Part shown: piece by piece, positions 9,255-16,800 of the stretch
How the letters are laid out: every line of letters starts with the position of its first letter
How positions within the stretch are numbered: the first letter of the stretch is position 1
Assembly: GCA_031364765.1 (NCBI GenBank)
Contig: JANLWV010000299.1
Coordinates: 1-34,677 of the forward strand
Direction: 5' to 3'
DNA length: 34,677 nucleotides
Origin: Vicinamibacteria bacterium
Lineage (GTDB): Bacteria; Acidobacteriota; Vicinamibacteria; Fen-336; JAGNNV01
The notes under the pieces: generated by a model
What the model saw: the letters and a program-made list of their open reading frames with translations, nothing else
What the model was told of the DNA's origin: nothing
Databases searched by the model: none
Made by a program: the position numbers and the translations under genes

Positions 9255-9283
9255 ATTCTAGGGAATCTGTACTAAAAAGTCCA
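9255..9283 (-). promoter_or_regulatory. candidate sigma70 promoter of the suf operon with an overlapping AT-rich palindrome
   Basis: The minus strand reads TGGACT - 17 nt - TAGAAT, ending about 20 nt before the sufB ATG. The spacer contains ACT-TTTT-AGT inside TACTGGACTTTTTAGTA, an AT-rich island in otherwise GC-rich DNA. Confidence 0.35.
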
Positions 9284-9536
9284 GTATGAGGTTTACGGCC
9301 TTCCGAGGTGTCCGACTGATGACCGTCCTGCACGCTCCCGGCGGCGAGGAGATTTCGAACCTGAGACGCTTTTTGACGTTCTGCGAGAGGAGGAGGATAC
9401 GAGGTCATTAGATCCCGCGCGGGGAGGCGAAGGCGGTCGAGGGGTTGGACCGTCGCGCTCATGCGGCGGCCGCCTCCACTACGCGACAAAGGTCATTCGC
9501 CCCAGGATCCGCACCGTTCGATTGCGCGCGGCTCGC

Positions 9537-9986
9537 TCAGGCGTTGAGCAGGACCAGGTCAAGCCCGTGCTTTTCGAAGGTCTTGAAATCGTGATCGAGG
9601 GAAACCATGCTGAGCCCGCCCCCGATAGCGAACGCGGCCAGGTAGGCGTCCATCCACACTTTTGGCGATGCCGTGTTGCGGGAGGCCAGGCGATGCCAGA
9701 GCGCCGCGGTCCCGGGTGGTTCCTCCCGCTCGCAGATTTGAGGAAGCGCCAGCAGGGCGTGGAGCGCCGCGAGGGCATCGCGGTTGGTCAGTCCCGCGGC
9801 ACCGTAGGCCTTCTGCAACGTCTCCGTGGATGCGAGACGCAGAAAGCTCTGCTGCGTGGAGCGGCAGAACACCGCCGGTTTGGCGGCCGTCGCTTCCTGC
9901 AGGGTCGTCTGGGCTTCCCGGTGGAATCCATGGGTAGGGAAGATCGCCGCGATCCAAACGTTCGTGTCAAAGAGGCAGCCCGGCAC
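9537..9986 (-). CDS. vapC: type II toxin VapC (PIN-domain ribonuclease)
   Basis: 149 aa. PIN acidic residues in LFDTNVW, MDAYLAAFA and VSLDHDF. GTG start overlaps the antitoxin 3' end by 20 nt. Confidence 0.85.
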   Translation of the reverse strand: MPGCLFDTNVWIAAIFPTHGFHREAQTTLQEATAAKPAVFCRSTQQSFLRLASTETLQKAYGAAGLTNRDALAALHALLALPQICEREEPPGTAALWHRLASRNTASPKVWMDAYLAAFAIGGGLSMVSLDHDFKTFEKHGLDLVLLNA

Positions 9987-10272
9987 GCTTCGCGTCCTCC
10001 GCTCTCTGCGTCTCCTGCTCGAGGGCCAATAGCTGCTTGACGCTCATGCGGGTGGCCGGAGCATCGGGAGCGCAACGAATCACCGGCAGGCCCTTTTCCC
10101 CGATCACAACCATCGAATTCGCTGGCCGCTTCTTCGGCCGCCCCAGGGGTTCCATTCCGAGTCCCTGCCGAAGGAACTCCGCGACGAGACCTTTCACCGT
10201 TCTCCTCTGAACGACCGCGCGTAATTTCACCTCCCGGACCAACTCATCAGGCAGATCGAGCGTCGTTTTCAT
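9967..10272 (-). CDS. vapB: type II antitoxin (VapB-like)
   Basis: 101 aa. The N-terminus MKTTLDLPDELVREVKLRAV... is typical of ribbon-helix-helix-type VapB antitoxins. It lies immediately upstream of, and overlaps, the PIN gene. Confidence 0.75.
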   Translation of the reverse strand: MKTTLDLPDELVREVKLRAVVQRRTVKGLVAEFLRQGLGMEPLGRPKKRPANSMVVIGEKGLPVIRCAPDAPATRMSVKQLLALEQETQRAEDAKRAGLPL

Positions 10273-10275
10273 GCG

Positions 10276-10307
10276 GCAAGCTTCACAGCTTCCCAGCTTG
10301 CTGTCAA
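10276..10307 (-). promoter_or_regulatory. vapBC promoter/operator candidate
   Basis: The minus strand has a perfect TTGACA (10302-10307). It is followed by three AAGCT(G/T) direct repeats at 8-nt spacing, bracketed by the inverted repeat GCAAGCT...AGCTTGC (10276-10301), ending 3 nt before the ATG. The -10 is poor (GAAGCT), and this geometry would give a leaderless mRNA. Confidence 0.4.
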
Positions 10308-10391
10308 GGGTCCGTCACCCGCGCGGCTCTCGCCGGGATGGTCCGGAAAGGCCGAAGGGAACACCCCTATCGGGATTCCTTCTGCCTCCAT

Positions 10392-10409
10392 CGCCCGCCT
10401 TCACGGGCG
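10392..10409 (-). terminator. GC hairpin immediately after the PEGA gene stop (weak terminator candidate)
   Basis: The minus strand reads TAA-CGCCCG-tgaagg-CGGGCG: a 6-bp stem with a 6-nt loop. No U-tract follows. Confidence 0.25.
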
Positions 10410-11312
10410 TTACCGCAGCAAATCGGCGTGCAGGTCGATGGTGCGCGTGGGATCGACGTAGACGTCGAAAACCTGCGATTCGAGGCCCGGCGCGTCGATC
10501 TCGATCTGATGTGGTCCCACCTCGAGAGTGAGGCGCTGGAAGAAGCCGTCGAAGTCGTCCACTATGCCGGCGTAGTACCCGTCCACGTACACCGCGGCGT
10601 CACGCGGGTTCACCTTCAGCCGGACGTCGCCGTAGTACTGGCGGACGCCGTAGACCGGCACGCGGCCCCTGTATCCGTAGACCCGCCCGGAATACGGCGA
10701 TCCGTAGCGGTAACCGGAGCCCAGGCCGAAGTACAGACTCAGGTGGCCGCCGGAGCGGTAGTAGCGCCGGGGCGTCGACCTTCGGGGAAGGAGTCGCGGT
10801 GCGTAGTAGTTGCGGCTGTAGCTGCCGTAATTGCTCCCGCCGTAGTTGCCACGGCGATTCACCGACCGGTCGCGGTCGTAGTCGCGATTTGTCGACGGTC
10901 CACGGCTGCGACCGTCGTTTCGTGAATCGCGACTGTAATCTCGCGAGTTGCGCTGGGCGACGTCCGGACTACGCTGCCCGCTTCGATCCACAGAACCCCG
11001 ATCACGATTCAGCTGGCTGTCCCGCTGCCGGGTTGGGGCGGAGGCGCGTTGGCGCTCACGATCCTGAGACTGGCTCTCGCGATTGCTGCTTTCGGAGCGT
11101 TCGCCGCGCTGGGCGTCTCGACCCGCGGAACTCCGGCCACGATCGCCTTGACTGCCGCTCTGCCGGGCCGAGGCGTCACCTCGGGAACGTTCCTGACCTT
11201 GACCCTGACCTCCACGGTTGCGTCGTTCGCCGCGCTGGGCGGCTTCCGCCGGAAACGAGCCGAGCGCAATGGCGAGCGCCGCGATCGGAACAGCTGCCTT
11301 GTTGATTCTCAT
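10410..11312 (-). CDS. secreted PEGA-domain protein with a long R/S/D/Q/G-rich and Y/G-rich low-complexity region
   Basis: ATG at 11310-11312 (MRINKAAVPIAALAIALGSFPAEAAQ, a signal peptide) is preceded by GAGGAG. 300 aa. About 170 aa are of RS/RD/QS/RG composition, followed by a Y/G/R/S segment (GNYGGSNYGSYSRNYY...GYRYGSPYSGRVYGYRG). The C-terminal PEGA-like fold is VYVDGYYAGIVDDFDGFFQRLTLEVGPHQIEIDAPG. Confidence 0.8.
   Translation of the reverse strand: MRINKAAVPIAALAIALGSFPAEAAQRGERRNRGGQGQGQERSRGDASARQSGSQGDRGRSSAGRDAQRGERSESSNRESQSQDRERQRASAPTRQRDSQLNRDRGSVDRSGQRSPDVAQRNSRDYSRDSRNDGRSRGPSTNRDYDRDRSVNRRGNYGGSNYGSYSRNYYAPRLLPRRSTPRRYYRSGGHLSLYFGLGSGYRYGSPYSGRVYGYRGRVPVYGVRQYYGDVRLKVNPRDAAVYVDGYYAGIVDDFDGFFQRLTLEVGPHQIEIDAPGLESQVFDVYVDPTRTIDLHADLLR
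11098..11241. repeat. 18-bp exact direct repeat inside the low-complexity coding region
   Basis: cgttcgccgcgctgggcg occurs at 11098-11115 and again at 11224-11241, 126 bp (42 codons) apart. Each copy encodes AQRGER on the minus strand. Confidence 0.85.
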
Positions 11313-11363
11313 GGCTGACTCCTCTGTCTGTGGGTACGCGTGGCCCCACGTTTCTCCAAAGCA

Positions 11364-11379
11364 GGCAACATCCCTGCCA
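11364..11379 (-). promoter_or_regulatory. sigma54-type -24/-12 promoter candidate (TGGCAGggatgTTGCC) for the PEGA gene
   Basis: The minus strand reads TGGCAG-N5-TTGCC with exact GG-N10-GC spacing, about 50 nt upstream of the ATG at 11312. Confidence 0.45.
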
Positions 11380-11435
11380 GCGCGAGCCTGTCGGGCCGGG
11401 GGCGTTTTTATTGGACTTCGGACCACGGCCCGGGG

Positions 11436-11486
11436 CGAGTGTCCACTCGATAAGACAGCCGCGGGCGCCTGGATCCTGGACACTCG
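11436..11486. promoter_or_regulatory. perfect 10-bp inverted repeat, possible enhancer/operator site
   Basis: CGAGTGTCCA (11436-11445) and TGGACACTCG (11477-11486) are exact reverse complements separated by 31 nt. The left arm is also part of a local palindrome, CGAGTG-tc-CACTCG. The repeat lies about 60-110 bp upstream of the sigma54-like element. Confidence 0.4.
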
Positions 11487-11543
11487 ACGAAGGGCGGCTT
11501 CGATCTCCGGCTTGCGAGCAGGTCAAAGATGGGGGAGGGAGCG

Positions 11544-11573
11544 TTGCACGATCCGGCGCCGCTCGGAGATAAT
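11544..11573 (+). promoter_or_regulatory. candidate sigma70 promoter for the 11635 gene
   Basis: TTGCAC - 18 nt - GATAAT, about 60 nt upstream of the ATG. AGGAGA lies 10 nt before the ATG. Confidence 0.4.
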
Positions 11574-11634
11574 GCCCGCCATTCCCAGGTCCGTGCCCGG
11601 CGGCTCCGGATCTCGAAGCAGGAGAAAACCCACG

Positions 11635-12582
11635 ATGAAGTTGTTCCAGTCGTTCGGCCGATTCGCCCTCATCCTCGCGATGTGTCTCGTCTACACGTCG
11701 CCCGCTCCGGCCCAGGAGGCGAGCGCGGACGAGACGGTCCTGTACCAGACGTGGTACGCGGCCAACTCGCAGAACATGCAGGACAAGGCGATCGAGGCGG
11801 CGCAGGCCTACCTCGCCAAGTTTCCGAACGGCCAGTATGCCGCCTACTTGAAGAACTGGATGCTCGGACCCAGGCTGCAGGCCTTCGGTGCTTCGGTGCA
11901 GGCCAAGAACACGGACGAGATGATCAAAGTGGGACGCGAGATTCTCAAGGCGGACGCCGAGAACCTCGCCGTTTACCACAGCCTCGCCTTCAACCTGCGG
12001 CGGTTCGAGCTCTTGGCCTCGCCGCAAAGCTTCGCGCATGCCAAAGAGGCGGTCGAGTTCTCCGTCGAGGCCATCAGGCTGATCGAGGCGGGCAAGACAA
12101 TTCAAGGTCAGTTCAACAAGGACGCCACCCTGGCGATGCTCTACCAGATCCAGGCCGTGGTCGCGGTCAACGCCAAGGACACAGAGCAGGCGATCGGGCT
12201 CTACACGAAGTCCCTGGCCGCCGATCCCGGCAATGTCGCGATCGGCACCTACAACCTGCTGGCCCTCGCCTCGCTGCACCGTGGCCCGTACGGCGCGGCC
12301 GTCGATGCCTACCAGGCGTTGCCCGAAGCGGATCGCCAGGCCGCCGAGCCGTCCGCCGCGGTCAAGGCGGCTCGCGACACGATGAATGCGAGCGCCGACC
12401 GGCTGATCGACAGCTGGGCCCGCTTCGTGGCGCTGGCGCGCGCGCGCAACGTCGCGGCCGACACCCGTGAGCAGGTCCTGGCGAGCGTGAAGGCGGTGTA
12501 CGGCTCGCGCCACGCGGGCGACACTTCCGGCCTTGAGCCCCTGATAGAGAAGCTGCAGGCGGAGTACGCGGCGAAGGAGTAA
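11635..12582 (+). CDS. secreted all-helical (TPR-like) hypothetical protein
   Basis: ATG at 11635 (MKLFQSFGRFALILAMCLVYTSPAPAQE, a signal peptide). 315 aa with ordinary composition and A/L/E/K-rich helical-repeat character. The longer listed ORF 11218.. adds an Arg-rich, implausible N-terminus. No family recognised. Confidence 0.7.
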   Translation: MKLFQSFGRFALILAMCLVYTSPAPAQEASADETVLYQTWYAANSQNMQDKAIEAAQAYLAKFPNGQYAAYLKNWMLGPRLQAFGASVQAKNTDEMIKVGREILKADAENLAVYHSLAFNLRRFELLASPQSFAHAKEAVEFSVEAIRLIEAGKTIQGQFNKDATLAMLYQIQAVVAVNAKDTEQAIGLYTKSLAADPGNVAIGTYNLLALASLHRGPYGAAVDAYQALPEADRQAAEPSAAVKAARDTMNASADRLIDSWARFVALARARNVAADTREQVLASVKAVYGSRHAGDTSGLEPLIEKLQAEYAAKE

Positions 12583-12800
12583 AGGGCCGAAAGCGCGCAC
12601 CGCGGGATCGGCGGATCGTCCCACCCGCGTTCATCTCGCCGCGGGCCGCTTTCGAAGCGTCGAACATTGCGAAGGGCCCGAGCCTGGCCAGGCAGGGGGA
12701 TGATGAAGGGTACGTCCACTGAAGTGCGCCTGGGTCAGTGGTATCCCTGAGGGGAACGCCGGGAGGAGCCCGAGGTTCCCATTCGGTCTAGCATTCGGGC

Positions 12801-13493
12801 ATGAAGAACTGCCGCGTGATCGGGCTCGATGCGGACGACACCCTTTGGCACAACGAGATCATCTTCGAGGGCGTTCAGGAGCGCTATCGCTCGCTCCTCT
12901 CTCAGTATCACGACGCCGCGGCGGTGGATCGCACCCTGCTTGCGACCGAAACGCGCAACATCGAGCATTATGGCTACGGGATCAAGGGCTTCACACTCTC
13001 AGCCATTGAGACGGCGATTGAACTCACCAGCGGCAAAATCAGCGCGCAGGAGATTCATACCCTTATCGAGCTGGGTCGGGAGATGCTGGCCCACCCCGTG
13101 GTACTGCTGGATGGTGTGAGTGAGACGCTTGCGACCCTGGGTCAATCGCACCGTCTGGTGGTCATCACGAAGGGAGACCTGGTGGATCAGCAGAGGAAAC
13201 TTGCGAAGTCGGGCATCGCCGACCACTTCACCGACGTTGAAATCGTCTGCGAGAAGGATCCGGCCACCTACGTCAGAATCCTGAAGAGGCTGGGCGCCGC
13301 GCCCGGGGAGTTCCTGATGGTGGGGAACTCACTCAGGTCGGATGTGCTTCCAGTACTCGAGGTGGGTGCTGCGGCGGCTCACGTGCCGTACAAGGTCACC
13401 TGGGCGTTGGAGCAGTCGAACCAGGTGCCGGATGCGCCAGATCGATTCTTCAGACTGAGCAGCATCCGCGAACTGCCGGCCCTGGTGCGGTAG
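12801..13493 (+). CDS. HAD-superfamily hydrolase
   Basis: 230 aa. Motif I GLDADDTLW (DxDxT), motif II VVITKGD, motif IV MVGNSLRSD. Confidence 0.85.
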   Translation: MKNCRVIGLDADDTLWHNEIIFEGVQERYRSLLSQYHDAAAVDRTLLATETRNIEHYGYGIKGFTLSAIETAIELTSGKISAQEIHTLIELGREMLAHPVVLLDGVSETLATLGQSHRLVVITKGDLVDQQRKLAKSGIADHFTDVEIVCEKDPATYVRILKRLGAAPGEFLMVGNSLRSDVLPVLEVGAAAAHVPYKVTWALEQSNQVPDAPDRFFRLSSIRELPALVR

Positions 13494-13747
13494 ATAGCCC
13501 GGTCGGACGGCGCGATGCTCGGAGTAGGAGCGATCACGAAGGTGAGGAGGAAGGTCAGGGCAGGAAGGGCGAAAACCTGCAGCGCCGTTCCAAAGAGAAT
13601 GACTCCGGGGCGCCGCAGCACGCGCCGGAAGTCATCGAGACTGAGGCCCAGGCCCACGCTGAACATCATCATCGCGAGAATGATCGAAAGGCCCGACTGG
13701 GCGTCCGCGTTCAGATTGAGCGTGACGTCGTCGAGACCGGGAGCCAC
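13494..13747 (-). pseudogene. N-terminal fragment of a bile acid:sodium symporter (BASS/SBF) family transporter
   Basis: ORF 13379..13747 begins ...LSIILAMMMFSVGLGLSLDDFRRVLRRPGVILFGTALQVFALPALTFLLTFVIAP, the typical first two to three TM helices of BASS proteins. The similarity is lost at about 13500, exactly where the convergent HAD gene ends. The remaining approximately 220 residues of a normal BASS protein are absent. Confidence 0.55.
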
Positions 13748-13804
13748 GCGGCGGATCCTAACCGCTCAGCGCGGCCGGATTGACCGTCTCTCCGTCATCC
13801 TCTA

Positions 13805-16800
13805 CTACCGCTCGAGGTCGCCCTCAGGCGGACGGGGACCGCCGCCCGGACCGCCCATCGGGAGGCTGATCCGTCCAACGCCCGCCTCGAGCAGGAGCTT
13901 GTTCAGCGCCGGGACGTCGGTCTGAGTGATCGTGCGGATGGTCTCGCCAAACTCGGCGAGTTCCTTCTGCGCGCGCGCGAACGCTTCCTTCTGAGCCGCG
14001 GTGGGAGCCAAGGTCATGCCTCCGCCAAAGCCCCCGAAACCGAAGCCGATCCGCTGCTGGATGGTCTGAGGCGCATCCGCCAGGGGAGCGCCCGCAAAAC
14101 CTGGAGGCTCGACCGCCGGTTCCCGACCTCCGAGGCCCTCCACCTTTTCAAGCAACGCCTGCAAGGCCTTGCTGACGGCCTCGGGAGTGCGAGGATTTCT
14201 GCCGATCTGCGTCTTGATCTCCCGCAATTGCGTCCCGAGCGTAGTGACCGTGCGCATGCCGAGCTGAAGCTGCGGAGCGAGGCGAGCCGTCTCGATCTGC
14301 ATGTCGTACCACGCCTTTCGATCGGACTCGCTGATCTGAATCCGCGGATCCTCTTCAACCGTGATCGGCTGAACGTCCGACGTGCTGGCGCCGGCCGAGA
14401 CCTTGACGCTGTACAAACCTGGGTAGACGAGGGGACCACGCGGTGGGCCTCCGCCGAAGCCACCGCCACCGCCACCGGCGCCAGGGTCGGGAGCCGGGGG
14501 TGGGGTATGCCGCAGATCCCACATCACGCGGTTAAGGCCGGCGGTCTTGGTGCCGACGATGTCCCGAACCTTCTCGCCTTTGCTGTCGGTGATGGTGATC
14601 GTGACCGTGTCCTTCTCACCTGCCGCGTCTTTCAGCCAGTACTGAATGGCCGCGCCGTCCGGCGGGTTCGGGCCGTTGAAAACTTTATGTCCGTTGCTCG
14701 CGCCCACCGCGGCGATCCGCCACTGGATTCCCGTCTTGTTCCCAAAGAGGTGAAGGGGCTTCGTCGCCACCGATTCGCTCATCCCTGAAAGCCCTTCAAG
14801 GTTGTCGAGGATCCACACACTGCGCCCGTGGGTAGCGAGGACGAGATCGTTTTCGATGGGGTGAATGAAGATGTCGTCGACCGGAATGGTGGGGAGGCCG
14901 CTCTTGATCTTCATCCACGAACCGCCGCGATTGAACGACGCCCAGAGCGCCCGCTCGGTGCCGACGAACAGGACGTCCGGGTTCTTCGGATGCTCGCGAA
15001 GAACGCTGACCGTGCCGCCTTCGGGCAGGTTCGAGGTGACGTTCTTCCAGGTCGCGCCAAAGTCCGGCGTGAAGAACGCGTAGGCCTTGAAGTCGTCGCC
15101 GCGATGACCGTCGAAGGTCACGTACGCCGCGCCGGCATTCGTCCGGCTGGGCTCGATCCGGCTGACGTAGGTTCCCTTGGGAACTCCAGGAGTTTTGTCG
15201 CTGAGCTTCGTCCAGGTCTTCCCCATGTCCTGCGTGACATGGAGGTTCCCGTCGTCCGCACCGAACCAGAGCACTTCGGCCTTCAGGGGAGACTGGGCGA
15301 TGGTGGTGGCGGTGCCCCAATGCACCACGCCGTCATTGCGCGACATGAACTCTTTCGCGGTCTTCCCGAAGATCGGCTTCTCATCGCGTTTCTCGTTGTC
15401 GGTCAGATCTCCGGAAAGCTCCGTCCACGAATCTCCGCGATCCTTCGATATGAAGAACTTGTTGCCGCCGTAGAACACGGTGTTGTGATCGTGGGTCGAA
15501 ACCACAATGGGGGAGTTCCAGTTGAAGCGATAGCGTTCCTTCGGGTCCGCGGGGACAGGCCGAATCGACGTCCGTTCCAGGTTCTTGAGGTTCACGCGGG
15601 AGACATTGCCGTCCTGGCTCTCGACATAAACCGTCGACGGGTCAACCGGATCGATCACGCAGTGGAAACCGTCGCCGCCACCGATCGTCTTCCAATCGTT
15701 GAACTGAATGCCTTCACGCACCGTCGTGCGGGAGGGGCCGTGCCACGTGCCGTTGTCCTGCAAGCCGCCGCAAACGTTGTAGGGCTTCTGGTTGTCGGCG
15801 CTCACTTCATAGAACTGGCCCAGGGGCACCGAGTTCAGGTGATCCCAGGTGCGTCCGCGATCGAAGCTCTGATGGGTTCCGCCGTCGGATCCGGCCAGGA
15901 CGTGGTTGGAATTCGCCGGGTTGATCCACAAAGCGTGATAGTCACCATGGATTCGCTGCACCAGGTTCTGCCGCCAGGTCTTGCCCCCGTCTTCGGAGTT
16001 GTACATCGGCGCGCCCAGGACCCAGAGCCGCTGGTCGTTGTTCGGGTCGATGTGGATCTGGCTGTAGTACGAGGGCCGGGGATTGCTGTTGGAGAGCTTC
16101 ACCCACGTTTCGCCCTTGTCCTCGGAGCGGTAGATGCCGAACTCCGTCCGATGCTCGATCAAGGCCATCACAATGTTCGGGTCGCGTCGGTAGACCGTGA
16201 CGCCGATCCGGCCCATGTCGCCCGTACTGGGGAGGCCGCTGGTGAGTTTCTTCCAGGTCGCCCCTCCATCAGTTGTCTTGAAAAGGCCGCCGCCCGGACC
16301 ACCGCCGTTGTAACCGAAAGGCGTCCGCCGGCGCTGATACGAGCCCGCGTAAAGCGTGTTCGGGCTCTCCGGATCCATCGCGATGTCGATCATCCCCGTG
16401 TTTTCATCGAGGAACTTGACGTTCGCCCAGGTCCGGCCACCATCCGTCGTCTTGTAGATGCCACGTTCCTTGTTGGGACCATAGAGCCGGCCGAGGGCGG
16501 CGACGTACACCACATCAGGGTTTGTGGGATGCACCAGGACGCGGCCGATGTACTGCGTCTCCTTGAGGCCGATGTACTGGAACGTTTTGCCGGCATCCGT
16601 GCTCTTGTAGACGCCGCCACCCCACGAGGTCGACTGTCGATTGTTGGGTTCGCCCGTTCCAACGTAAAGGACCGATGGGTCGGAGGGGGCGAGAGCAAGG
16701 TCGCCGATCGACGACACTTCTTCGTTGATAAAGATCGCCTCGAAAGTTGTTCCGCCATTGGTGGTCTTCAGAATCCCGGCAGTGGCCATGCCCACGTAGA

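Noticed and set aside
9232-9489. 85-aa upstream ORF whose stop overlaps the sufB ATG (ATGA), suggesting a coupled leader peptide
   Set aside because: Third-position G/C is much lower than in the real genes. The listed start is TTG. The ORF spans the AT-rich promoter-like island, and the product is not recognisable. More likely this is non-coding leader or promoter DNA.
11176-12624. 482-aa minus-strand ORF
   Set aside because: It is antisense to the secreted helical protein and overlaps the PEGA gene 5' end. The plus-strand product has a clean signal peptide, a Shine-Dalgarno and normal composition, whereas this one is R/L/G/V-rich.
12583-12800. Possible terminator or structured element after the secreted helical protein gene (CGAAAGCG ... 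CGCTTTCG arms, inner GCGGG...CCCGC)
   Set aside because: The arms are separated by about 45 nt, no U-tract follows, and the inner stems are short. I cannot distinguish this from chance GC-rich pairing by eye.
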